Below, one piece after another: positions 1-9,542 of a stretch of 43,446 nt of DNA. Location: positions 1-43,446 of the forward strand of contig JAGYLL010000003.1 of the NCBI GenBank assembly GCA_018401135.1, given 5' to 3'. Origin of the DNA: Candidatus Moraniibacteriota bacterium (GTDB lineage Bacteria; Patescibacteriota; Minisyncoccia; Moranbacterales; GCA-2747515). The position numbers and the translations under genes are program-made. The notes under the pieces are model-generated. The model saw only the letters and a list, made by a program, of their open reading frames with translations, was not told where the DNA came from and ran no database searches. The number at the start of each line of letters is the position of its first letter. Position 1 is the stretch's first letter.

Positions 1-11
1 TCTTGCATTTT

Positions 12-212
12 TCTCCACGAAGGTGGAGATCCAGTCTTATAAGTATGAAATCAAGAAAATCCCTCCCCCTCGATGACTCGGGCACTCCCTTTTCCTCAGG
101 GAGAGAATCCCTCTGTCTTTTCGACCGAAGCACTCTTTTGAGAGTGCAAAGTGGAGACTTAGTCCGCCTTTAGCGGAAATCTCTCTGAAGAACTAAGAGA
201 GATTTCTCGACC
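12..212. repeat. Cluster of nested REP-like palindromic repeats
   Basis: Non-coding GC-richer patch with several short inverted repeats: TCTCCAC-gaag-GTGGAGA (12-29), GCACTCT-tttg-AGAGTGC, TCCGC-ctttA-GCGGA, GAAATCTCTCT...AGAGAGATTTC. Segment 88-108 matches 39773-39793 at 20/21 nt. Confidence 0.7.
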
Positions 213-282
213 ATATGACCCCTATGGGATGTACTCAAAAATAAAGTAAGGTGTCCAAGAGGTATTCATCTTGTACAAAATA

Positions 283-311
283 TTGACTTTTTTATGAATA
301 TGTGCTATGGT
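283..311 (+). promoter_or_regulatory. Sigma70-type promoter for the ATP-grasp gene
   Basis: TTGACT-17 bp-TATGGT with a TG extended -10 motif, upstream of ATG 395. Confidence 0.6.
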
Positions 312-394
312 TCGAGGTTATTACTATGAAAAAAAGTAGTGGATTGCCTTTTTTTTGTTAATGTGTAATTATTTCTAAGGAGTTACTATTTTTT

Positions 395-1714
395 ATGAAT
401 ATACTTTTCGTCTCAGAAGATTTATCTGGAGGTGATTTAGCATATCGTTTGAAAAAAGAGGGGAATAAAGTCCGTCTTTTTATTCATGACAAAAAACAAA
501 GAAAAAATCTCAAAGGAATGGTCGATCAAGTAGAAAAGTGGGGGGATCATATTAACTGGGTTGGAAAGAAAAAAGGTCTTATTATTTTTGATAGTACAGG
601 CTTTGGTGAGCATCAAGATCGTTTACGAAAAGAAGGATATTCTGTCGTGGGAGGATCTGCTATGGGAGATAAAATAGAAGACGATCGACATTTTGGTAAA
701 GAGATAATGGAGCAATGTGGTATTATAACCATACCATCTTTCCCTTTTCGTTGTCTTGATGAGGCTATCAATTTCGTGAAGAAAAATCGAGAGGAGTGGG
801 TGATAAAGCAAAATGGACATGTTTCAAAAATTTATAACTATGTCGGACAAATGTCTGATGCTAGAGATGTTATTGATGTCCTCGAAACATACAAAAAAAA
901 TAATAAACGAGATTCTCACTATATAGAATTACAAAAACGAATTCGTGGCGTAGAAATCGGGGTAGCTCGATATTTCAATGGGAATGATTGGGTGGGTCCA
1001 ATCGAAATGAATGTGGAGCACAAAAGCTTATGCTCTGGGGGATTGGGTCCAAAGACCTATGAGATGGGAACCTTGATGTGGTATGACGATGCTATAGACA
1101 AAAATATACTGTTTCAATTAACAATAGCAAAAATGAAATCATACTTACAGAGTATTAATTTTCGTGGAGACATTGATATCAATTGTATTGTTAATGAATC
1201 GGGTGTGTATCCCTTGGAAGTGACAGCTCGATTTGGCTTCCCCTCGACACAATTACAAAGCGCACTTCATATTTCTCCTTGGGGGGAATTTTTGAAGGCA
1301 GTTGCTGATGGAAAATCGTATAATCTTCGTTATAGGAAAGGTTTTGGTATCATCGTGGTTATTGCAACCCCGCCATTTCCGTATGTGGCTATATCCAAAC
1401 GATATAATGTAGAGGGAACGAGGATTTTTTTCACGTCCCCTTTGACAAAACAAGAAGAGAAAAATGTGCATTTCGAAGAGGTTTCTAGAGATTCTAAGGG
1501 TGCGTATTACATTTCTAGTTCCAGTGGTTTTGTTCTCAATGTAAGTGGGGTAGGGAAGAGTATCAGAGAAGCTCAAAATAAAGCCTATAGACTTGCCGAA
1601 AAAATTATTATACCAAAGAAATTTTATCGTAATGATATCGGTACAAAGTTTTTGGAACGAGAGGGAAATCTTTTGAAAAAATGGAGATATCTTCAAAATA
1701 TAGATATTCAATAA
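395..1714 (+). CDS. PurD-like ATP-grasp ligase (phosphoribosylamine-glycine ligase-like, atypical N-terminus)
   Basis: 439 aa; ATP-grasp features (IEDDRHFGK, WVIKQNG, GLGPKTYEMG, FRGDIDIN, LEVTARFG) and GARS-like C-terminus ending YRNDIG; canonical bacterial GSGGREH motif absent. Confidence 0.75.
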   Translation: MNILFVSEDLSGGDLAYRLKKEGNKVRLFIHDKKQRKNLKGMVDQVEKWGDHINWVGKKKGLIIFDSTGFGEHQDRLRKEGYSVVGGSAMGDKIEDDRHFGKEIMEQCGIITIPSFPFRCLDEAINFVKKNREEWVIKQNGHVSKIYNYVGQMSDARDVIDVLETYKKNNKRDSHYIELQKRIRGVEIGVARYFNGNDWVGPIEMNVEHKSLCSGGLGPKTYEMGTLMWYDDAIDKNILFQLTIAKMKSYLQSINFRGDIDINCIVNESGVYPLEVTARFGFPSTQLQSALHISPWGEFLKAVADGKSYNLRYRKGFGIIVVIATPPFPYVAISKRYNVEGTRIFFTSPLTKQEEKNVHFEEVSRDSKGAYYISSSSGFVLNVSGVGKSIREAQNKAYRLAEKIIIPKKFYRNDIGTKFLEREGNLLKKWRYLQNIDIQ

Positions 1715-1827
1715 TTTTTTAGAAAAAGATAGGGGTGAGAAGATGTTTTTCGGGGGAAAGAGTTTTTTTACAGAGAAATATTTCTCTCGGGTAAAGATTG
1801 TGTTCTTTGAAAAAAGAGGGGTGAGGT

Positions 1828-2361
1828 ATGTGGAAACAAGTGCGTGGTTTTATCACCACCTTCTTTGCTTTTAGAGAGGGGAGTGGTAATAAGGAAATGG
1901 TGAAAAAGAGTGGTGTTGTTATCGTTTCTAATACTCTTTTTCGAATTTTTGACTGGTGGATGGTGGGAGCATCTGCGGTTCTCGTGGTGTTTCTCAAACA
2001 GCAAAGCTTTTCGGATGTAGATGTATTTATGGTTTTGTGGGGGATTAATTCATTTATAGCATTGTTTGTTGTTTTTATAGGTAATGCTACACGAGTAGAC
2101 ATTACTCTTATGGAGGGAGTGAGAAGATGTCTTGATGCTATGCAAGAAAAATTTGGTGTTATAACATCCATAACAACTATAGGCATACTGTTTTTCCACT
2201 TTATCTGGAGCTGTCCCTCTCAAATCTATTTCTTGATTCGGAAAAAGCATTTTCTGATAGAGAAATTTTGGGTCGGAATAATTCTAGGTATAAGTGCTCT
2301 TCAGATGGTGGTATGGACTGTGGTGTATCTGCAAGGATACGAATGGTCCCTTCTTATTTGA
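1828..2361 (+). CDS. Hypothetical integral membrane protein
   Basis: 177 aa with about four hydrophobic segments; GAGGGGTGAGG SD-like sequence upstream; followed by a terminator. Confidence 0.65.
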   Translation: MWKQVRGFITTFFAFREGSGNKEMVKKSGVVIVSNTLFRIFDWWMVGASAVLVVFLKQQSFSDVDVFMVLWGINSFIALFVVFIGNATRVDITLMEGVRRCLDAMQEKFGVITSITTIGILFFHFIWSCPSQIYFLIRKKHFLIEKFWVGIILGISALQMVVWTVVYLQGYEWSLLI

Positions 2362-2382
2362 TCTGAAATTTTTCCTATGGAG

Positions 2383-2411
2383 ATCCTAGCTACTTGCTGG
2401 GATTTTTTTTT
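2383..2411 (+). terminator. Intrinsic terminator
   Basis: Stem ATCCTAGC/GCTGGGAT (one G-U pair), 5-nt loop, followed by a T run. Confidence 0.7.
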
Positions 2412-2450
2412 AGAAGTATACTGAAAAATAATAAAACATTTTATTTTACT

Positions 2451-3044
2451 ATGAATTTCGAAAATATCCCTGAAAAACAACCGTCATTTGCACCTTTTAT
2501 TGCAAAAAATCTTTCTGAGCAAGAGCAAGAAGGACTTTTACAAGAAATTCTTTCTCTCGAAAAACAAATTTTTCCTCCTGATTGGCTCTATGAAGATGCC
2601 GAAATATATTATAGAGAAATGTTGGAGAATCCATCAGCTATCAATATATTTTTGCGTGGAGAAAATAATAAAGTAGTGGGATATCTTTTGGCAAAACCTC
2701 TCTCTGATGTATATGAAGAGCTTGCACAAGATGATCCTGAGTTGAAGCGTGATGAGCAGTGTTACTATATCGAAACGACAGAAATTCTTCCAGAATATGC
2801 CAAGGGTAGAGGTGCTCTTAAATTTTTTAACGTTTTACAAGGGGAAATAGAAGAAAACCATCCGGAATATAATGCTATTTCAGCGCATGCTCGCGTATCA
2901 AATGGTCTGGCAGATGTTTTGGCGAGAAAAGTAAAGAAAAGTCTTATGGAAGAAAGATCGATTGAGAAATGGGCTCATGGTGGGGGAGAGCCTTATGCCT
3001 ATATTCAGTGGGGATTAGAAAAAAAACAGGAAAATGATCTTTAA
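2451..3044 (+). CDS. GNAT-fold acetyltransferase (putative)
   Basis: VVGYLLA beta strand, YYIETTEILPEYAKGRGA resembling GNAT motif A; ATG 2451 preferred over TTG 2394, which lies within the terminator. Confidence 0.6.
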   Translation: MNFENIPEKQPSFAPFIAKNLSEQEQEGLLQEILSLEKQIFPPDWLYEDAEIYYREMLENPSAINIFLRGENNKVVGYLLAKPLSDVYEELAQDDPELKRDEQCYYIETTEILPEYAKGRGALKFFNVLQGEIEENHPEYNAISAHARVSNGLADVLARKVKKSLMEERSIEKWAHGGGEPYAYIQWGLEKKQENDL

Positions 3045-3068
3045 GTATATTATTAATTTTCTTTCTTT

Positions 3069-4796
3069 ATGATTTGTCCTGGATTTCCTGAGCCTACCTT
3101 TTTCTTTTTTATTGAAAATGCTTCTCCTTTGTTGTATTATTCTCATATCCCCGCGGTTATCGTGGCTCTTTTCTTGGGTGGCTTTGTTTATTTCAAAGGA
3201 GGTAAGAATTTGGTAAGTACTACACTTCTTACTCTTATTTTCGTGTTTAGTATATGGGTTGTATTTAATCTCATTACTTGGACAGGTAATGAGAGTTCGG
3301 TTATTTTTTTCGTCTGGGCTCTTTTTGGTATATTATATGCCCTTATCGCTCTTTTGAGTGTATATTTTGTTTCTGTTTTTATAGAGGGGAAGAATGTCTC
3401 TTTTCGTAAAAAACTTATTTTGGGTGTACTTTTTACTCCTATTCTTGCTTTTACTCCAACGTCATTTAATCTTGAAATTTTTGATTTACAGAGGTGTGGA
3501 ATCTCTGATCTCAGTTTTTTTCTCTACTACTATTATTTTCTTGGATTTCTTGCTTTCTTTTGGATACTTGGTATATTTTTCTCATATATAGGACGAAAAG
3601 ATGTTGCAAAAGAGGCTAAGAAGCAATTTTTTTTCCTTGTGGTAGGAATCGAACTCTTTCTCCTTTTTTTCTTCGGGAGCGGTCTTCTGACAAGCTTTCT
3701 TGTTGATAGTGGGTATACAGATAGTTTTGAATTGGAATTTTACGGTTTATTTGGAATGCCTATTTTTATAGCCTTTCTTACCTATATCATAGTAAAATAT
3801 AATGCTATGAATATAAAGCTTTTGGGTGTAAATGCTCTTATTTTTGCTATAAGTACTCTTATTGCATCTCAGTTTTTCTTTATTCGAAATCCTATTAACC
3901 AGTTACTTACAGGATTTACCTTAATACTTGTTCTTATTTTTGGCTTTATTCTTATTCGCTCTATGAAAAAGGAGTTACAGCGAAAAGAAGAGTTACAGAA
4001 TTTGGCAGATCAATTGGCAGTCGCTAATCAAAAGCTTAAATCTCTCGATCGTGCCAAAAGCGAATTTATTTCTATAGCTTCTCATCAATTACGAACCCCA
4101 CTTACTGCTATAAAAGGATTTATCTCTCTTATTCTCGAGGGATCGTATGGAAATATCGATGGACCTATTCGAAGTGCGCTTAATAAAGTGTATCTTTCTA
4201 ATGAACGATTGATTCGATTGGTAGAAGATCTTTTGAGTATATCGAGGATAGAATCAGGACGTTTGGAATATAAATTTCGTAGATGGAAATTAGAGGAAAT
4301 TGTAGAAGATATTGCTGATATGTTTCGTCTTCGTGCTCGTGATGCGGGACTTGACTTTCAGGTTATGATACCCAAAGAACCTCTCGCAGAAGTCTATATC
4401 GATGGAGATAAGATTCGAGAAGTTATTTCTAATTTGATAGATAATGCTATAAAATATACTAAACAAGGCTTTGTTCAAATCTCGGTTTCTCAAAAAGAAG
4501 ACGAGTATGTTCGTGTTATTATCAAAGATTCAGGTGTGGGTATTTTGGCAGAAGATATTCCCCATCTTTTTGAAAAATTTTCTCGCGGAAAGGATACCGA
4601 TCGATTACACGCTAATGGAACGGGATTGGGTCTCTATGTGGGCAAACAAATTATTGAGGCGCATGGAGGCAAAATCCATATTTTTTCTGAAGGGGCAGAT
4701 AAGGGGTCTACTTTTATTCTTGAATTATCATTGAAAAAAGGAGAGGGAAGAGAAAAAAAAGATGCGCTTGGCAAAAAAGAAGAGAAGACCCTTTGA
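3069..4796 (+). CDS. Sensor histidine kinase with multi-TM N-terminal sensor
   Basis: About 9 hydrophobic helices, H-box ASHQLRTPL, N-box NLIDNAIKYT, G1 DSGVG, F-box LFEKF, G2 GTGLGL. Confidence 0.95.
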   Translation: MICPGFPEPTFFFFIENASPLLYYSHIPAVIVALFLGGFVYFKGGKNLVSTTLLTLIFVFSIWVVFNLITWTGNESSVIFFVWALFGILYALIALLSVYFVSVFIEGKNVSFRKKLILGVLFTPILAFTPTSFNLEIFDLQRCGISDLSFFLYYYYFLGFLAFFWILGIFFSYIGRKDVAKEAKKQFFFLVVGIELFLLFFFGSGLLTSFLVDSGYTDSFELEFYGLFGMPIFIAFLTYIIVKYNAMNIKLLGVNALIFAISTLIASQFFFIRNPINQLLTGFTLILVLIFGFILIRSMKKELQRKEELQNLADQLAVANQKLKSLDRAKSEFISIASHQLRTPLTAIKGFISLILEGSYGNIDGPIRSALNKVYLSNERLIRLVEDLLSISRIESGRLEYKFRRWKLEEIVEDIADMFRLRARDAGLDFQVMIPKEPLAEVYIDGDKIREVISNLIDNAIKYTKQGFVQISVSQKEDEYVRVIIKDSGVGILAEDIPHLFEKFSRGKDTDRLHANGTGLGLYVGKQIIEAHGGKIHIFSEGADKGSTFILELSLKKGEGREKKDALGKKEEKTL

Positions 4797-4882
4797 TAAA
4801 GAGATATTTTGGTGTATTATTAAAAAAAGACAAGAAGAAGGTTTCATAGTAAAAAAATTATTCTCTCCTAAAATATTATTTT

Positions 4883-5752
4883 ATGGCTTCCATACTGCTC
4901 GTAGAAGATGATCCGATGATTTCAGAAATATATCAAAGAAAACTTTCTCAATCTGGATATGAGGTAGTACTTGCTTTTGATGGACGAGATGCTGTCAATA
5001 AAATACAATCTCAGAGGTACGATCTTGTTTTATTAGATTTAGTTCTCCCTGTTCTTGATGGAATAAGTGTGCTCAAAGAAATTTCTCGAGAAGGAAAGCA
5101 AAAATCTCGTTCGCCTATTGTTGTTTTTAGTAATTTAAATGATGGAGAAAATCAAGAAGCTGCTTTTCGCTATGGAGCGCAGGGGTTTATTGCAAAGGCA
5201 CAATTTAATCCTTCAGAGCTTATCGGAGAGGTCCAGCGCTATCTTCGAGAATCTTCTGAACAGAAGAAAAATGAAGATAAATTTAACAAATCTCCACAAG
5301 AAGAAAATTCTGAAGATGAGGAAAAAGAGAAAAAGCACATTCTTCTTGTAGAGGATGAGGATGTTTTTAGTCATCTTTTCTCCGAACGCTTACGAAAAGA
5401 AGGTTTCAAGGTGACAGTTGCCGAAAATGGATTAGAAGCACTAACGTTTCTTGAGAAAGAAGCTATTGATATCATTATAACTGATATTCTTCTTCCTATT
5501 ATGCGTGGCGATGAATTGATAACGAGAATTCGACTTCAAGGAGGGGAGAAAAAAGATATCCCTATTGTTGTTGTCTCAGCCTCAGCAAAAGATGAACAGG
5601 TAGCTCTTGTAAAAAATATGAATATACAGGGATTTTTTGTGAAAACACGTATTATTCCTAGTGAACTTGCTCAATATATTTATAGTATTTTGGAGGGAAA
5701 TAAGAAGGAAAATAAAAATCATAAAGATACTACGACTGACAATAATGTATAA
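4883..5752 (+). CDS. Response regulator with two tandem receiver domains
   Basis: Two REC domains (ILLVEDD...LLDLVLP; ILLVEDE...ITDILLP) joined by a charged linker; no output domain. Confidence 0.9.
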   Translation: MASILLVEDDPMISEIYQRKLSQSGYEVVLAFDGRDAVNKIQSQRYDLVLLDLVLPVLDGISVLKEISREGKQKSRSPIVVFSNLNDGENQEAAFRYGAQGFIAKAQFNPSELIGEVQRYLRESSEQKKNEDKFNKSPQEENSEDEEKEKKHILLVEDEDVFSHLFSERLRKEGFKVTVAENGLEALTFLEKEAIDIIITDILLPIMRGDELITRIRLQGGEKKDIPIVVVSASAKDEQVALVKNMNIQGFFVKTRIIPSELAQYIYSILEGNKKENKNHKDTTTDNNV

Positions 5753-5776
5753 GCATTTACTGAAAAAGAAGAGATT

Positions 5777-7561
5777 ATGAGAACACATACTTGTGGAGAG
5801 TTGAGACATAAAGATATCGAGCAGTTAGTAACTTTGGCGGGTTGGGTGCAAAAAAGGAGAGATCATGGAGGTCTTATTTTTATTGATCTTCGAGACCGTT
5901 ATGGATGTACGCAAATTACTTTTGATCCAAATCACAACAAAAAAGCATGGGAAAAAGCAAATGCTGTGCGAAGTGAATGGGTACTTCAAGTAAAGGGAAA
6001 AGTTGTTTCTCGGCCTGAGGCTATGATAAACACTAAAATTAAAACAGGCGAAATTGAGATCGATGTTTCAGATGTAGATATAGTAAATACATCGAAAACA
6101 CTTCCTTTTGAATTAGATGGGGAAAAATCAAAAGAAGTAAATGAAAATCTTCGTTTGCAGTATAGATTTCTTGATTTAAGAAGACCTGATTTACAAGCAT
6201 TGCTTATTTTGAAAGACAAATATATTCAGTATATGCGAGAATATTTTCATAAGCATAATTTTATCGAAATACAGACACCTATTTTGGCAAATTCTTCTCC
6301 AGAGGGAGCTCGTGATTTTCTTATTCCCTCTCGTTTATATCCAGGGAAGTTCTACGCACTTCCTCAAGCGCCTCAACAATTTAAGCAACTTCTTATGGTT
6401 GGAGGTATCGACAGATATTTTCAAATAGCACCGTGTTTTCGAGATGAAGACCCTCGAATGGATAGACATTATGGAGAATTTTATCAATTGGATATGGAAA
6501 TGAGTTTTGTGTCTCAAGAAGATATCTTTGCTCTTATGGAGCCTCTTATGAAGACGCTGACAGAAAAATTTTCACAAAAAACCATAGAAGGCCTTAATGA
6601 AGATGGAAGTTTTAGAAAGATTTCGTGGAGAGATGCTATGACTACCTATGGTATTGATAAGCCAGACTTGCGATTTGATATGAAGATACAACCCATTTGT
6701 GATCTTGTGAGGGATTGTTCCTTTTCTGTTTTTAGTAAGGCCATTCTTGATGGGGGAGTTGTCCATGCTATGAAAGTAGATGGTGGTGCGAAGCAATTGA
6801 GTCGCAAGGATATTGATGATCTGACAGAAGTTGCCAAGGGTAAAGGTGCTAAGGGATTGGCCTATATTTTTGTAAAAGAAGGAAACGATCTCCAATCCCC
6901 AATTATAAAATTTTTAGGTAATGATGTGGCGAGAAAAATTGTCGAGAGATTGGGTGCTCAAGCAGGAGATTGTATTTTTTTTGGAGCTGATACTTGGAAA
7001 ACAGTATGCTTGAGTTTAGGTGCTGTTCGCAATGAATGTGCTACAAAATTAGGGCTTAAGGATAGTACAAAAGCAGTATGGTGTTGGATTGTTGATTTTC
7101 CTATGTATGATTATTCTGATATTGAGCCTGGAAGAATTGATTTTGGACACAATCCTTTTTCTATGCCACAGGGAGGTATGAAAGCTTTGGAAGAAAAAGA
7201 CCCATTGGATATTTTGGCCTATCAATACGATCTTGTCCTTAATGGTTTCGAGGCTTCAAGTGGAGCTATAAGAAACCATAGTCCAGAGATAATGTATAAG
7301 GCTTTTGAAATTGCTGGGTATACAAAAGAAGAGGTCGATGCACGTTTTGGTGGCTTGATTAAAGCTTTTCAATACGGAGCACCTCCCCATGGAGGAAATG
7401 CACCTGGTATTGATCGTATTCTTATGGTTTTACAAGATCTTGATTCTATTCGTGATATCTATGCATTCCCCAAAGATGGAAAGGGTCGCGATCTTATGAT
7501 GGATAGCCCTACCACTATTGAGACCAAACAACTTGATGACGTACATATACGATTGAAATAA
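5777..7561 (+). CDS. aspS: Aspartate--tRNA ligase (likely non-discriminating)
   Basis: MRTHTCGEL start, RRDHGG, ALPQAPQQFKQLLM, motif 2 FRDED, motif 3 PPHGG..PGIDR. Confidence 0.97.
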   Translation: MRTHTCGELRHKDIEQLVTLAGWVQKRRDHGGLIFIDLRDRYGCTQITFDPNHNKKAWEKANAVRSEWVLQVKGKVVSRPEAMINTKIKTGEIEIDVSDVDIVNTSKTLPFELDGEKSKEVNENLRLQYRFLDLRRPDLQALLILKDKYIQYMREYFHKHNFIEIQTPILANSSPEGARDFLIPSRLYPGKFYALPQAPQQFKQLLMVGGIDRYFQIAPCFRDEDPRMDRHYGEFYQLDMEMSFVSQEDIFALMEPLMKTLTEKFSQKTIEGLNEDGSFRKISWRDAMTTYGIDKPDLRFDMKIQPICDLVRDCSFSVFSKAILDGGVVHAMKVDGGAKQLSRKDIDDLTEVAKGKGAKGLAYIFVKEGNDLQSPIIKFLGNDVARKIVERLGAQAGDCIFFGADTWKTVCLSLGAVRNECATKLGLKDSTKAVWCWIVDFPMYDYSDIEPGRIDFGHNPFSMPQGGMKALEEKDPLDILAYQYDLVLNGFEASSGAIRNHSPEIMYKAFEIAGYTKEEVDARFGGLIKAFQYGAPPHGGNAPGIDRILMVLQDLDSIRDIYAFPKDGKGRDLMMDSPTTIETKQLDDVHIRLK

Positions 7562-7580
7562 AAAAGATGGTATACAAAAG

Positions 7581-8801
7581 ATGAAAAATCTTTTTTCAAG
7601 TTACTATTTCTTTACAAAAATTATGTGGAGTTTATTTAAGAGAAAACAAAAATTACAGCAAGGTCAAGCTCGTTTACTCTACGGAACAGCTTTTTTTCTT
7701 GGTTTGTGTGGTTCTCTTATTATGTACACAGCATCGACGTATTTTTCTCATGTATGGGGTGATGAAAATGTTGGTTTTATATATACTTGTATATTTGCGA
7801 GTAATTTAATATTTCTTCTCTTTCTCCATTCCATTATTTTTTTCTTTGGAAAAACAACGACATTTTATCTCCTCCTTTTTGTACAAATTATTTGTATTTT
7901 TTTCCTATCTCTTTTGAATGTTTCATTTTTTGGAGCTTTCTTCCTTATGGTTTCCTCTTTGATACTTTCGCTTTTGTGGACGCTCCTTGATTCTCTTCTG
8001 GAGGATTTTTCCCTCGATGAATTCTCAGGAAGAATTCGAGGAACCTATCTTGCAAGTATGAACGCAGGACTTCTTTTTGGACCACTTCTTTCAGCTGTAC
8101 TTATTGATTCCTACGGTTATTCTGGACTTTATTTCGTAGCACTTCTTTTTTTTGTAGCACTCTTTAGTGTTTCTCTTGGAGCTTTTTATGGCATCAATTA
8201 TAAAATTCGAAATCATATATCACTTTCTACAATAGTTTCACAAATAAAAAAGTGTCCAAATATTTTGTATATTTATTGGATATCGTTTACTTTGGATTTT
8301 TTCTATGCCATTTTGGTTGTTTTTACGCCTATTTATTTTTTGCAACTTGGTCTTTCTTGGTCTGATATAGGAATTATACTTTCTCTTGCACTTATTCCTT
8401 TTGTTTTACTTCAATATCCTGTGGGTTACCTAGCAGATCGACACACGGGAGAGAAAGAACTTATTCTTCTTTCTTTTATCATTATCATAGTTGCTGTGGG
8501 GCTTATGCCTCAAATAGAAACAACGAGTATTTTCGTGTGGGCACTTATTTTGATTATGGGTCGTGTAGGAGCGGCTCTTTTGGAAGTTTTGAGAGATTCC
8601 TATTTTTATAAACAAATTGATGGTGATGATATTGGTTTGATACATTTTTTTAGAACTTCTCGTCCGATAGCTTATATAACAGCATCTTTGCTGGCAAGTT
8701 TCTTTCTTGTTTTTTTCCCTCTTTCTGAAATTTTTTGGTTAGTGGTTGTTTGTGTTATTATTGGGATATATCCAGTTTTTAGATTAAAGGATAGTAAATA
8801 A
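7581..8801 (+). CDS. MFS transporter
   Basis: About 12 TM helices, motif A-like GYLADRHTGEK; the start may be ATG 7623. Confidence 0.85.
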   Translation: MKNLFSSYYFFTKIMWSLFKRKQKLQQGQARLLYGTAFFLGLCGSLIMYTASTYFSHVWGDENVGFIYTCIFASNLIFLLFLHSIIFFFGKTTTFYLLLFVQIICIFFLSLLNVSFFGAFFLMVSSLILSLLWTLLDSLLEDFSLDEFSGRIRGTYLASMNAGLLFGPLLSAVLIDSYGYSGLYFVALLFFVALFSVSLGAFYGINYKIRNHISLSTIVSQIKKCPNILYIYWISFTLDFFYAILVVFTPIYFLQLGLSWSDIGIILSLALIPFVLLQYPVGYLADRHTGEKELILLSFIIIIVAVGLMPQIETTSIFVWALILIMGRVGAALLEVLRDSYFYKQIDGDDIGLIHFFRTSRPIAYITASLLASFFLVFFPLSEIFWLVVVCVIIGIYPVFRLKDSK

Positions 8802-8816
8802 GTCTGCAAAGTGAAT

Positions 8817-9542
8817 ATGTATACGGTAAAAATTGAATTTTTTGAAGGACCGTTGGATGTTCTTTTGGGAATAATTGAGGCTCGAGAATTAGACATTTCC
8901 TTGGTAAGTCTTTCGGAGGTTGCTGATCAGTTTGTTTGTTATGTAGAATCTTCGCATACCATACCCCTTGAGCATTTGGCAGATTTTTTGGTAGTTGCCT
9001 CAAGACTTCTTCTTATTAAATCAAGAGCTCTTTTGCCTGTACTTGAAAATGAAGAAGAGGAAGAGGATATGAGCATTGACTTAGAGGCGCAAATAAAAGA
9101 GTATAAACGTTTTAAAGAAATAAGTGATATTTTGGGGAGACACTATGCGCTATCACAAACGCTTTTTCGAAGAGAGGCTTATTTGGCAGTTCCTTTGCCT
9201 GAGCCGTCTTCTTTTGAGTATACCTTTTCTTCTCAAGATATGGGTTTTTCATTTTCGCGTTTAGTCGAACAATTACCTGATCCAGAAGCGTTGAAAAAAA
9301 AGGTTATACGAAGAATTATTTCTTTGGAGGAAAAAATTGCATATTTTAAAAGAATTTTTTCTCAAAAAGAAAAGGGAACATTCGTTTCTCTTTTGGGAAA
9401 CGATACTGACAATGAGAGTCTTTCGATTTCTTTTCTTGCGTTTTTGGAACTTGCTCGTATAAAAGTTATTCGTGTTCATCAAGAGGAGCATTTTGGAGAG
9501 ATTATTTTTGAAAAAATAAAGACGTATGAGTCAACAAAATAG
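8817..9542 (+). CDS. scpA: Segregation and condensation protein A (kleisin)
   Basis: FEGPLDVLL N-terminal motif, LLLIKSRALLP, C-terminal FLAFLEL...QEEHFGEI. Confidence 0.95.
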   Translation: MYTVKIEFFEGPLDVLLGIIEARELDISLVSLSEVADQFVCYVESSHTIPLEHLADFLVVASRLLLIKSRALLPVLENEEEEEDMSIDLEAQIKEYKRFKEISDILGRHYALSQTLFRREAYLAVPLPEPSSFEYTFSSQDMGFSFSRLVEQLPDPEALKKKVIRRIISLEEKIAYFKRIFSQKEKGTFVSLLGNDTDNESLSISFLAFLELARIKVIRVHQEEHFGEIIFEKIKTYESTK

